Of a DNA stretch of 64,000 nt, positions 12,131-25,569 are shown one piece after another. The position numbers and the translations under genes were made by a program. The number at the start of each line of letters is the position of its first letter. The first letter of the stretch is position 1. Under the pieces are notes generated by a model. The model did not search any database. It had not been told where the DNA came from and saw only the letters and a program-made list of their open reading frames with translations. Source of the DNA: Patellaria atrata CBS 101060. Taxonomy: Eukaryota. The stretch spans positions 48,020 to 112,019 of the forward strand of contig MU006094.1 of the NCBI GenBank assembly GCA_010093705.1, read 5' to 3'.

Positions 12131-13002
12131 GCTGAATAAAGACGTGGGGAACCACCGGATTATCGTACATCTATTAAAACGTGTCCCAACTTTAGTATAT
12201 CGTGTCTTTAACGAAAGACGGCGTTGTACGGTTGAGATGGCATCAGTTGTGAGGTTAGACCGAAGCGTAACACGGAGGTTTGCGGAGATAAGTACCGACG
12301 TCAGTACAGAGTAGTTCTTAGTGTACGGTATTCAGTAGACAGCTTAGAACACGGTCAATTAGTGGTTATAAATTCTCAACAACTTAACGATTACTTTCAT
12401 TTCGCCCGGCTCAATAAGAATTATTTACAACAGCGGAAAAATGGTACGGTTCATATTTGTATATTCGAGTTTAGGAGTCACGTCACATTAGAGCATACCA
12501 AATATTTGAAACCACCCGACTCAACCTCAACCAGAGATATACCATGATAGTGTCAAGCGTATAATAAGATAATACAACTATGGGAATAAATAGTGCGCCC
12601 ATCCTTCTACTAGCAAGCACTACATCAAGTCATCCATGGAGGTAAAATAACTGCCCACTGCCGCAACAGGTATGATTCAACAGCCCCTCAAACAAGGGGA
12701 GCTTATAAACAACTGACAATTCATACGGGACGGACTGGCTTATGCATTCATTAAGGAATTCGAGAATTAGAAAAATGAAATGTATTATTTGATGAGGATC
12801 CGGCACACTTAGGGGTCGTGAAGAGTCTTGAGCCTATGGCCCAGAGTATTCGTATGTTGGCCTTCGAGTCGGGCTATATTAATCACAATTTCAATATGAA
12901 CAACGAACGTTGTAGGAAGGATGGCGGAACCTGCCATGCACTGTAAACGCCTAGTCATGCTTCCACCCGGTCTTTATGACGTTTTGACCCAAAAGAATGC
13001 AA

Positions 13003-13819
13003 CTAGACGCTGAATGATTCGCCGCAACCACATTGTTCCTCTGTGATGAGTTAGTATATTAGTCCAAACATTTCGGGGTATTAACTTACTGATATTTGGG
13101 TTGTTAAAGACAAACCGAGCGCTAAGTTTGTCCTCTACCCAATCCATCTCACTCCCAATGATGCTAAATAATGCCTTTGATTCTACCATGACCTTAACTC
13201 CATCCTGTTCTACTATTTCATCAAACTTCCCGGGTTTATCAACATATTCAAGGTGGTAAGAAAGGCCAGAGCACCCCCTATTCTTGACTCCCACTCTTAT
13301 CAGTTTTGGCTCCGGCTGATCCAGCAGCTCACGGAGCTTAGTCACAGCTTGCTCTGATAACTTTATTACAGCTTTCCTGGGTCTTCTTAGTTTTGAACCC
13401 TGTGGTTTGGCTGATACATCTTGGCTCGATGTTGGCTCAGAAGTGGACGTGGAGCTGACCGGCTTCGGGTTTTGCGCCTCTTGTACCGTGAGACTTATCC
13501 TCGATAAATCCTCCGTCTTTGAAGGCTCTTTATAATATTCTTGCTGCGCAGCCAATTTTGTTGTCCTGTTCTCAAGCTCGGGAACCACTCCCGCGATTGA
13601 ACTGTCCGGTATTCCGATATTTCTTGGGGGTTGAGGTGGGAATTGGGGGCTCGCATGCTGAAAAGTTGCGGTCTGAAGCTGACGCTTTGAAGACTGTCTA
13701 ATAGGCCTAAAAGATGAAAAGGCGCGCAGACATTGTGGACAAATGCGAGGTCTCGGAGGAATGGAGGCGAACTTGAGGATAGCGGTAGCAGAAGGGTAAG
13801 CGGCGCGGGGAAGAGACAT
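13003..13819 (-). CDS. ISA1: mitochondrial iron-sulfur cluster assembly protein Isa1 (HesB/IscA family)
   Basis: VGVKNRGCSGLSYHLEY and IGSEMDWVEDKLSARFVFNNPNI. Intron 13041-13089 joins to KEQCGCGESFSV*. N-terminus resembles a mitochondrial presequence. Confidence 0.93.
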
Positions 13820-14714
13820 GATGATTGATATTTTCGTGAGACTTCTTGTAGTATTAGGTCGGAACCATGAGAATAGAAGACGGAGCAAGTGTAGATTAAA
13901 AGTGGTGGGATGTTGCGGCGCAGTGTGGTGAAGCTGCCCTCGGCATTGTTTTCAGCACGGCGATGTCATAAGCACTTACAAACGTCGAACCAATCAGAGT
14001 GCAGTTAAAGTAATCTTCCTTTTGTGTTTTGTACTGGAAACCCACATAATTAACAGAACAACACCGACGAGAGAATACATATGACAACAGACATGCGCTC
14101 TCCATCATAGGACGCGCATTGTACAAAAGCATTTGGCAAATCAAAAAGACAGTCGTTCGAAGCACTATTTTCGACACTGGAGGCATCTACCTTCCACTTG
14201 AACCTTTCTGGAGAAGCCTATCTATATGGCTGCAATAAACATAAACCCTCAACACGACACTGTTCAGAAGAGTACTCTATATCGAGTACCTAGTCCACTT
14301 GGGCCCCTTTCGCTCTATCACAAAATCAACACATGCATGCTCATTGAGCCTCTGGAGAAGCTGGACTCCCTCTGTATCCCTAATGCTTATCCGGCCTGCT
14401 TTCGAACTTCGTAGTGAGCAAAAACTTGCTCAGCCGTAGGGCTAACAGAAGAACTCCCTTGATTATGATGCATACGGCTCTCCGCATTGAGTGGCATGGT
14501 TCACAAAGTCAGCCCTTGGCGTCCTTTCGTCCTTTTCCAGAACAGGTCCCGATAAGGTTGGGTTCTTAGGTTACATCTCAGTTAAGTCAAGTATTACAAC
14601 TATCCTAACCCGAGGATCCGGGATAGTTGTTAGATCTATATCTATGTGGATCAGTTCAGAAACTTCCAAACAGTCGTTCGCTTTCTTTCAGTCTGCTCTT
14701 CTGCGTATTTGAAA

Positions 14715-16148
14715 ATGTCATTCTCGGCGTCAAATCTACAAGTCGGCATCATCGGAGCCGGCATCGCCGGCCTTGCCGCAGGAATTGCTATGAGACGTGC
14801 TGGACACGATGTTGTGGTTAGTTATAGGATATATCTCCCTCGCTTTTCCACTATATCTTCATTTATTAACCATATATAACCTCGAAGATTTACGAAAAGT
14901 CCTCTTTTAAGCAGGAGATTGGTGCTGCCGTAAGTGCAACGCCAAATATGGTACGCATCCTCGATCGATGGGGTTTTGACTTCAAGAGGGCGCGAGCTTG
15001 GCCTACGCTGCAGGTGAGCTTTCGAACTTCCGACCAGCTATCCTCATTATTAGGACATTATTGGGGATATTTATTTTAGTGGCTAGATACGAGTTCCCAA
15101 CGGAACAACGCTGGAACTAGAATATCAAGATTCATTCGGAGGCCTAGAAGGAGAGTATGGCCACACATGGCTCTCTATGCACCGAGTGGATTTACATAAG
15201 GAATTGAGATCTGTTGCCGAGAATCCCGCGAACCATCCTACCAAACCGGTAGCTATCGAGCTTGGGTCAGAAGTGATTGATATCAACTGTGAAGAGGGTA
15301 TCATAATCTTCAATGATGGCTCGAGGATCTCGAAAGATCTTGTTGTAGTTGCAGATGGCGCTCATAGTCGCCATCTACAGCTAATCACTGGGAAACCTAT
15401 TCCTATGATTGATACCGGTCGGTCTGTATACCGCGCGTTAGTACCCATGAACAAGGTACTCGAGAAACCAGCTCTTCTTCAGCTGTTCGAAAATCAAGCA
15501 CCCGGGTTCGTCAGCATTCAAGGCCCTAGTCCGTTGGTCTCAGCTTTCACATATCCATGTAGGGAAGGAACACTGCTCAACTATGTCCTCCTTCATCCTA
15601 CAAAGCATCGAGACGAGGACAAAGATTCCACCCAATGGAATCACCCAGCAACGAAAGATGACCTTCGAGAGTGCCTTCAAGGATTCCATCCGGACTGGAC
15701 ATCGCTTTGCGATGCTCTCGAGGAAGTAAAGTTCTTCAGAATGATGCACCACGAGCCTCTAGAAACTATGGTGCGTGGAAAGGCCGTCGTGATTGGAGAC
15801 GCAGCCCACCCTATGCTACCTGTAATTGCACAGGGAGCAGCATCCGCAGTGGAAGATGCAGCAGCTCTGGAGGCGATCTTTACAACTGTTAGCCAGGAGC
15901 AGGATGTACGCCCGTATCTAAAGGTCTTCGATTTGCTCAGGTTGCCTCGGAACGCCACGACACAGGTTCTATCGAACCATCCGATGGAGCCAAGGTCTAA
16001 GATCGAGGAGAGACTCAGAGGCTATCCTACTAGGCCGGCTATTCCCGAGGTCGGAGTTTTGTGGGTCCGCAAACCGTGGCGCGACTTTTACTTTACCTAC
16101 GATGTGTATGCTGAGGCTGAGAAAGCGAAGGGAGAAGCTGGTCTGTGA
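14715..16148 (+). CDS. FAD-dependent monooxygenase (salicylate hydroxylase-like, FAD_binding_3)
   Basis: VGIIGAGIAGLAA, EIGAAV, VVADGAHS and VIGDAAHPMLPVIAQGAASAVEDA. Introns at ~14817-14888 and ~15014-15080. Confidence 0.9.
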
Positions 16149-17299
16149 ATTGGTGCACAAAGTGTGTAGGAAGTAACAGGATGTTGGGAGCCGAAATAAG
16201 GGGGCTAGATCACTGGACTACATCGGACGGGATGAAGATATCCTGATTAAAAAATCATTCCGCCATAGAAATCTCGTCAAATGCTCTTTCCAGTTCATGT
16301 ATCCGTTACTAGCACCGTAGGATATTAGTACATGTTTACTCGAAATATCAAATTACAGCCCGGTAAAGAAGACCCGTTCCCCTATTAGTACGATCAATAA
16401 ATCCTGAACTGGCGTATAACGGACAGGGTGCGGTAAAGAGGTAGCGGAGGAGGAACTATTTCCCCATTTCTTTGGTACGCAGGCCTGGGCAACTGTACGC
16501 TTGCTGTGCACGTCGAATGTGACTGTTAACTTTGACCTCGGCGAAATTGTCTTTCTCCGTACCGCGAAGTCGTAGCCTTCTTGAACGCAAGCGTACAGTT
16601 GGCTAGGGGAATTCTATAATATGAATGATGAGATTTCCACATAATAATATTTTGATGTACGCGGGGAGGGCTTCATTCCTAAAACAAGTATGATCTGAGC
16701 TACTTCAGACACACCGAAAAGCTAAGAAGGGCGGAGATGATACCGTAGGATGGGGAATCAGTATGCTATTCACAATGTGTTTTCAGAACATGGGTGAGAG
16801 CTCTTCCTTAGATCTGGGAGACAGGACTGAACTCTGGTAGAGGAAAATGTACGTGAGAGTCGAACACTTGAACAGTCATTCTGACTTTTTCCAGCAGTTT
16901 GGGAGAATAACAACTGAGGAACTAGTCATAATCTAACTTTTAAGGGTATAATGATCATTCACATAAACGTGGGTTCTACACCTAGCTGAATACTAGGTTT
17001 TTCAACCGCCGAGCACAACGAAAGATTGAAATAATAGCCTTGCCTCCTCGGGCGTACGCTTCGTAGGATAGCCCTATATACTGTACTTTCATTTCACTGT
17101 GTTGTCCTCTACGGACATGTAATCTTAAGGCCTCCGGGCGCGTTATACTTAACCCTCACGGCGCAAGCCTACTGAGACTCCGTGAGCCACTTCCACTCGA
17201 AGGGGTGATGATGGAGCTTACTTGACCCTTTTGGGTGTCAGAAATGTTATCCATAATGAATTCTCTGGTTCATGATGAAGGTCCGCTTCCGGTTGTATT

Positions 17300-19009
17300 T
17301 CAGACGCCTTTTCTGGCAAATCTTGCCAATGCCGGGCCATACATCTCAGCTTCTCTTTCTTTGCGTTGTCTTCCACGCTCATTTTGATCTTTCAGAGCAG
17401 CTTCAAGTCTGAGTCTCTTCTCATCGATAACGTTTTTACCTCCTTTCTTTCTCAACACTTTCCTGAGCGCACTATTCCGTCCACGGCCGCGATTTTTCAG
17501 TTTGGCAATCTCGTCTTCCTGTTTTCGGTCCAAATCCTTCTCCTTCTTCCTCTGTGCAGCGGATGCCAGGTCGAGATTTCCGACATAGTCAGGATTTAGC
17601 GAGATCATTTCCGGCTGCAGCTTGTTCAAGAGAGCTTTGACTTCACCTTCCTGACGCTGCTTCTTGTTTTCGTACGGGTTTGTACCGAACTCTAGTGCAT
17701 CGAAGTTTGCTTCACCTGCACCGGGTACGATGATGTTGGAGAAGCCTTGGTCGTGCGAAATGCCAAGAACGTCTTCGAAAGGACACCATCGGACCCGTTC
17801 AATATGTTGGCCCTCGCCGCCCCAACCCATATAGGGAGATTGCACCCTTTCTTGATCACTTTTGGATTTGTCGAACAAGCCTCGCCAAATTGAAACTTGA
17901 GTGCCCCAACCAGCGGCCACTAGACCTCTGTCACTAATCGAGATGCTTGATCCGGGTTGCCGGAGAAAATAATTGTTCACTTCCTTGAAGTTACGAACAT
18001 CCCAAACAGACATCTTCTTGTCTTGACCTGCAGTTACCATGTAGCGACCTTCGCGGTCAATTGCCATTGTTCGCACAGGACCCGCATGGGCTTGGATCTT
18101 CACTAGCGACGTAGAAGAATTGGGCGACCACATGGTGACTGTACCATTTTGATGGCCTACATTGATAATAGCGTTGTACGGGTTTTGAGTCATAGAGACA
18201 GGTGTACCGAGTTTGGTCGGCATCTCTGTTACCATCTGGCCAGTCGAGATGTCGAGATACTTCAGGTATCCCGCATTGCCCTAAAGGACGAGTGAGCGTT
18301 GCAAACATGGCGGAGAGAATATTCAACTTACGATAGTGGCCAATAAAAAGTGATACGGTAGATATTCCATGCTCTTAACCTCAATATGCTTCTCTAACTT
18401 ATGCATTTCCACCCCCTGCTTGTCATATATATACACATACTTCTTCTGCGCCACAGCGAACAGTTGATGGTTTTGCAACCACTTCGTATCCCTCACTGTC
18501 TCACCCAATTGTAACTCACACCCTAACTTTCCACTCCTCCAATCCATCGTCGCAATATGGCCATTGCGCCCCGCAACTAGCAAATGTCGTCCATTCCTCG
18601 TGAACTCACCCACATACGGGCCTAGTCCGCCATCGCCCAATTTCAATTCAAATTTGCCTTTCTTAGCGGTTTCTATCCCCACCCCCGCAGCAATCTCATC
18701 CTGTTTGACTTTGTAGGTTCGCTCGAGCTCATGCTCTGGTTCTAAAAAACCTTCACTGCTCTCGAGCAGGATTTCCGCATCCTTAGCCGCGAGTACCGCA
18801 TCTTTGTATTGATTTTCTAGAGATTTAAGGTTGCCCCGCAGTTTTTTATCGTGAATGTTGCGGAGGGGAATTTTCTTGCCTCGGCCGTATGCGATTTGAG
18901 CAGTTGCGAGACGTTGTTTTAGGACTGGATCGGTGGGGGCGGTTGGAAGTTTGGAAGACCTTGGCCTGGACTTAGAAGGGGCGATGACCCCGTCTGTAGA
19001 GACCTCCAT
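17300..19009 (-). CDS. UTP7: U3 snoRNA-associated protein Utp7 (WDR46, WD40 + BING4CT)
   Basis: FAVAQKKYVYIYD, YLPYHFLLAT, QNPYNAIINVGHQNGTVTMWSP, CPFEDVLGISH and VPGAGEANFDALE. Intron 18281-18331. Confidence 0.95.
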
Positions 19010-19299
19010 GACATCGAAAGACCCGGTGAATGAGGGTTTTCTGTGGTGGAGTTAATTTTTTTTTTGAGCTTCAGTTGAAGACCAGAACTAGTTCGGTTCA
19101 AAGGTTGACCGGAGTTTAACCGCCCAATTTGAGAAGTACCAGGTGTTGAATTAGAAGAGAAACATAGAAGTACATTAGTAAGAATCGAGACAGTGTGTTG
19201 GATCATAACTGCAGTCCGGATCGGAGTGATATTACAGCGCCCTCGCTCTAGGTCGAGGGGACATTGTCAGTTTGACGGAGTGGAAGGAGACAATTGTCA

Positions 19300-22200
19300 A
19301 TTATCAGCTATCACTCTCTAGTTACCCTTAGACCGTCAAGCCTTACGGTATGAGCAATTTTTGCCCATAGTGCTCGAGCCTGGCATGCTGCATCTCTTTT
19401 TGATTCTCTCGGAAAACATGTTCGAATACCTCGTCAATACACTAGTTAATCGCCTCCATACTTTGGTTCTTGTTGAGTGTCTTTTCCCAAAAGAGGGGGT
19501 ATCGCCGAATTGGGTGTTTACTTCCTTTGCTAATTCATCGGTCGTTTTACATGTACCGTCGCAATATGTAACAAGAAGCAAGTAACCATTTCTGCACTAA
19601 TCTAATAGTTGTTGAATTTGCCAGCTGGAGTAGTAGGATTAGTCTCTTTGAAATCCTCCCTCCACTTCAGTATTGCTTCGTTCAGCATTTTTGCAGTCCA
19701 ACTACTCGCTTTTTTTCCCTATCCTGAAGAGATTCATAATCCTCTGCAATGCGGACGCTCAGAGGTACAGGTGCACCGCCGAAAGAGCTTGGGGTCTCCA
19801 TAAGGATGGTTATTTCACCCTTCGATTAGAGTCTGGTAGTGCAGTGTACAGCGTCGCTTCGGTCGAGTGATATATAGTCTGGTATGTCGGGAGTGATAGA
19901 GATTGACGGGGTTCATGCACCATGTAAGTTCAATCAGAGAAGGAGATATATTTATTCCTTAAAAGTAGTTGAGGTTGAGGGTTTGCTGAAGTTCGAGTAA
20001 CAGAAGCCATACCCGCACATGAATTTATGTCTCCAAGGAGTCATACCGCCGATGAGTACCACGTCAGAAATCGACGCAAGCCTGTCGCTCTGATAGCGCT
20101 ACAGTCAGATGTTTTTACTATCATACAGATAGTGCGTCCTCAGTGACTCTGACGGAATGAGAAGATGCCAGGTAACCTCTAGGCCGCAGGTACCCATCAC
20201 TAGACTCACGTTACAATATGGGTTAGAGGCTTTCCACACATACTCCATCGTATTTTTCACTCATTGCTCACAAATTCACTCAAAACGTTCTCAGGTGCGT
20301 CACAATCACAGATCTGATCGTCTCTAGTATAAATCCCCATGATGTACTTAGAAAATCCCTCTGTGCGTAAACAATGTCAAGCGTCTTTTTAGTCAATTTT
20401 GTTTACTGCACACTTTTTAGAATATTATAGACGGATTCAGTGCTTGATAATTCGTCGTGTCCTAGATGACGGCGCCCTCAACTTTTTCCTGAAATGGTTC
20501 TTCGTACGTTCTATTTCGGTAAGACAAAGGTTTTCATTAGCATTATCATCGGAGTGTGCACCAGGACTCATATTCTGAGTCATGTACTAAGAAGGACTGC
20601 CGGGAGACGCGAACTATCCGTGGAGTTTTGTAAAGGTCCTAGAGTTAGTTATATTGCGCGACGTCTTCTCCTCGTAGATCAGTAATAAGGTTCGTCATTT
20701 TATTCGCAGTATGACATATTGATCGAGCATAGATGGATCCAACAAACTCTCTCTCCTTATTGCAGACGACGTGAATAGAGTTGACTAACTGTTTGGTAGA
20801 CGGTCCAGCTTCTATTCGTCATTTATCGTAGACGCAGACAGTACACATACGTGCCGCTATGAACAACAGATAGCGCACCTGTTCAACAGATCAAGTCCGA
20901 GCTAACATCCCGGAAGCGAGATTCCTTAGTGACGGGCCTCATCAAAAGGAATATATCATGAGTTGTCGATCTGTATCTAGGTAAATGTGTATGTAGAATT
21001 TTGGGAGTTCTATTTCGTAACCTATGGAGGAGAGTTCTAATATATCCACTACGGGAAGCTTCTGAGGTTTTTTCTTTTTTTTTTTAAATCCATTGCATTG
21101 CATTATCTACAATACTGCGCATGCAGCGTCTTGGGCTATGGCGCTACTCTTCTATCTACATAAATCCTTATCCTAGGGCAATAATATGTCTAGTGAGAGT
21201 GTCTGAGAATTGAACCTCCCCAGTTGTCCAAACCTTGCAGTCTAATCCAAGCATTAGAAAGACTGAACCAACTCCACTGTATCCTTTGCTCTTCAATTCC
21301 CTGCATTATATATCAATCTAGGCTTTCCCCTGTATGCTATCATTTTTAATATGTTTCTTGTTCTTCTTCATTTATTTCTCCTTTATGTAGCAGCCATTTA
21401 GCTGTTGAGATTTGTGTATTGTTTAAGTATTGGAAGAGTACTTCTTTCCCCTTCTCTGTACAGGCCTCTACGGTTCCAGGCGTTGAGAATTGCAGTTCCA
21501 ACCTTCCCAGCACGGCCATGGGTCGAGACTGGGATTTTTGAAGAGATCCATGTCCCAATAAGGGAGCTTGGTGAATGTATAGGGTTGAGTGGAGGTCGAT
21601 GAAGAAGTCGTCGTGTCCCAAAATTGGTTGATCGTTGAGAGTTGTACGACGGGCTCCCGCCCCATCCCTATTCGCATACGATAACTACGGTATCCACAGA
21701 CTTCAACCTTTAAACCGAACTTTAGTAGATGGGGGACCACATTCACAAGGAAGTTATGAAGCCTACAGACGAGGTTACGGGATACCTCGATCTGCATGTC
21801 GTGCAGAGACGCTGTTATACTATGCACAAGATATTAACGACGACACCTGCCAGAACTGGATCCAAATAGAACTTACTAGAAAAACTGTACCCATTCGTAA
21901 CCTTGAGGCTTAAGTGAGGAATGATGAGCGAGCATATACTGGAAGAGGACCTAATAGTATATAGTAATAATTTAAACCTAAAGATCGAATTAGATGGTCG
22001 TCCGAACGAAGGAGAAAGAGAAGTGTCGGGTGAGTTTAATAGTATAATCTCAGGTGGATGTCACCGTGGGCTATTCCCTTCCGATATATATACCGCCGTA
22101 AGCGTAGTATTGTATTTTTCTACCGCACACAGTAGCTGAAGAGACGGTTATCTCCTTCTACCGGCTTGAAGGCCAGTTCCTATCACATGTAGAACCATCT

Positions 22201-25200
22201 TCTGATGAATCCCTCGATTGCAACACGAAAGGCTCTTGTTGTATCCACAGTCATCGACCTGCACTGTCCGTATTGGCTCTCGTTGAATCCGCCGATATCA
22301 TTCCCGTCAAGGTTCTCGGTCCATCGGTGAACAACACAACCTTGTTGCTATCATCACTGATGTTATACTTTCGACGTCCTAATTTCTCAACTTCTGCTCT
22401 ACTAAATGTGCTGCGGAAACTTGATGAATACCAGATATGGGTTTTGTGCTCGTCTTCTTGGACCGGGTTCGCTTCCCTCTTGCTCCCAATACTCCTCCGG
22501 TACCTCTTCCCAAGGATACCCAGGATACCCAGAGTACATGCCATGCGCACTCAAATACGCCATCGGACTCACGATAGCCTTCCATGGATCTCCGCTTCGG
22601 CGTTATGAGATTCGGCCGTATTCACTCTATATAGCTGCTTCTAAAGTATACGGGGTTATGATTGCTTCATTATCGCCCGAGACGACAGGTTTTGCTCTTT
22701 AGCTTCCATATGGCATTGGCTGTCGCACGTATGCTCAACTGGAACACATGTATTCCTGAACTGGCTCGGTTTTGCTGTCATGTATACAACGCGTAGAAGA
22801 AGCTCGACGACGCAGCAGGTCGTTTTGAACATCGCTCAAAAATGCATTTACACCCCTTAGTCCACCACTAGGACGTTGAGGAAGCGTTATTCGGCGATAA
22901 TCTTATATTTAGAATTCAAGTACTGTTCCGGCACGATTTTTGAAGATATGCCTCTCCTCTGGATCTCTTTCAACCTGATAAATCAAAAATGGTATTTCGG
23001 TTTGCCTGCGGAACTTCATCTCTGCACCGACTCCAGGAAACCGGGCTGCTACGACAGGTCCAAGTCCTGCCCGTCCGTCTTTATCTTTGCCAGGAGCGCT
23101 TTGTGGGGTAGGACTTAATCTTTCTGGTTCAGAATTATATAGTTGTTCAATTCTTGTTGAGCTTCGCTGTACCGTCGTAACTGATGACCGACGTCATGGA
23201 GCCGGGTGCATCCCAGTAAGCGGACGAAAAGGACAACTCTTCACATCACGAGTATGATCAACATCGCTCCTATATCGACGTTTTTGTCCTTTGCTTTGTT
23301 CTGAACAGGACCTAAGGTGCCAAAGTGGAGCGACAGGCTGGATTGATGTGAGTTGGACCGCATCATCGACGTCCGGGAGGTCGAGTGGCCCGTTGGGACG
23401 CCAGCAATCGTGAGACCGTGGAATAAAGACAGCGATAATTGACTGGACGCTGATAATTTCCGAGCAAGGTGTAAGTGTCACTGGGAGGACGTTACTGTAC
23501 AATCAGGTGTGGATATGGTCCCCAACATCGATCTCACTGATCCAGAGGTTACAGAAACGGAGTGGCCAGATAATACTGGAAATAGAACAGCAAGTCAGCG
23601 ACGAATAGAGATAGAGTTCAGCGGTTTACTTACGCTCATCGTCAAATCTTTTCTTCAATTATATATCGGGAAGAGTAGAGCCTACAGATCCAAAGGAATG
23701 GGTTATAGCGGCCGATTCAAACGTGAACATGCTTGTTCCATCGGTTGTCCTCTTGATTGCTCAAAACTCTCCGCCCACAGCAGAGAACTGTGTTTCGATG
23801 CATGTGGTATATATCGGAATCAATTTATAAATTCCGTTAGTCTCAATTTAGTCTTCTATTTAACCCAACCCGAGCACATTCTATCGTAATTTTATATAGC
23901 AAGAGGGCAAGGAATCTTTACGGCCGATTCTCCTTATTTGATCCATGCTGTCAAGCTCGATGGATATCTATTCTTGAGTGCGGCTAGAGGGCTCTAATAC
24001 CGTTCTCAAAACATTGGCCATTTTCTCCCCCTGAGCGTGGAAGGAATCAGGCTTGGTTATTTCAGGAATGAGTCGTTCATTTTCCTCATCTGGGTTTCGG
24101 AAACCCAGGGTTGGGCAGTTCAGCTGTCGGTATTTCCTGACGATCTGGTACGTTCAAGGCCCCATGGAGTATCCTTCCTATACCCCAAAGTTGGAGATCT
24201 TGTCGCCGAGTTTGATATCCCTGTGGAGGGTTTCTTTCACCATATGTGCAACTGGGCATAATTCTTATATATAGGAGATATGGAATCAGATATCTTTAAA
24301 AGTTTCATTGAGATCGTGTAGTGTCGGGACATCAAACTCTGATTTGCTGCATACCGGGGCAATCGAATCTCGAAATATATATTATCACCTTCGCAAATCG
24401 CAATTCTTCAGCGAGATTGAATCTGGTAAAAAAGCTGGGAGCACAAGACACCTTATGTGCCGTAGAGGTGTAACCTAACCTCATTTTCCTGTTTTGAATT
24501 GGAGGCTGTGGTTCGCAATTGCTCTCCCACCAAGTGTAAAATTTCAAAGAGCCTCCTCCCGTATATGGGTAACATCAGCAAGACAGATAAAGCTCAGACG
24601 GTATTTACGGACCGGAATTGTTGTTGAGGTTGGAACGCGTTCTTCCACCAGGTATATGACTCCAAGAACATCGTCCAGCAAGCGATGTTATCGAAGAAAA
24701 TATAAAACCGGACCTAACATTCCGCTCCAGAGCCAGTGCCAGTTTTTCGCAGCTGCCTTTCTCACAGAGCATATGATTCCAGAAACATCGTCCAGTACAT
24801 AGATCGCGATAACATCGGCTTCATAATTCCATGGGGATTTGGGGCGCCAGTTGGCTTTTCAACAATCGACCCATCGAGTTCATGTTGAGGGAGACCACCC
24901 ATTCCCGCAATTTGACCCGGAACATCCCTTCGGTCATGTGGTGGGGTTTCCTTCTTCTGCTTCTTGTGGGCTGATGCTGAGACTTGTTCTCTAATACTGG
25001 ACTCGGGTGTGTTCCTCTCGAGTGATTTGGACCCGAATTACTCATCCTGTTAACACTAATCCAGCACTCAATTTCTGAATAGTCCAAATTCGAAATGAGT
25101 ACTAGAAGGCTACATTAGCAGTGGGTGCAGTTGAGTTTGTATTTGGGACCCGGAGCCAGAGATAGAAGTCTTCGGTGCCTTGTCCACCAAGTATATAATT

Positions 25201-25560
25201 GTAAGGACATTAGCCAGTATATAGAAAATGAGAACGTCAATGTAATAACGCAGGAGCAGAAGAGATGGAACTGCAACCTAGAACCAGAGAACTATTCCCC
25301 GCAGGCGTTTTCCCACCAGATGTATTATTTCGAGAGCGTCACCAGGAAATGTGAAACTCGGTCTGAATCCCCAGTCCAAAACGGGACCTGGTAGATACAG
25401 CCCTCGATTCAGAAGTATGATCCCAGAAACATCATCGTATATACCTGCGACATCACGAGGAGAAATCAAACTTAACAAGAAATGACGGTCCAAATTCAAT
25501 GTTTCTTCCACCCCTTCTATTCCTACAAGATATACGATTTCAAGAACATCGTCCAGTCCA
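19300..25560 (-). pseudogene. cluster of fragmented, unidentifiable coding relics
   Basis: Short protein-like minus-strand fragments interrupted by stops (e.g. 19336-19860, 21346-21830, 24330-25560). No conserved domain recognised. Confidence 0.3.
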
Positions 25561-25569
25561 TACCTTCGT

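Noticed and set aside
14715..16148. FAD monooxygenase as part of a secondary-metabolite cluster
   Set aside because: No PKS, NRPS, terpene synthase, transporter or pathway regulator nearby.
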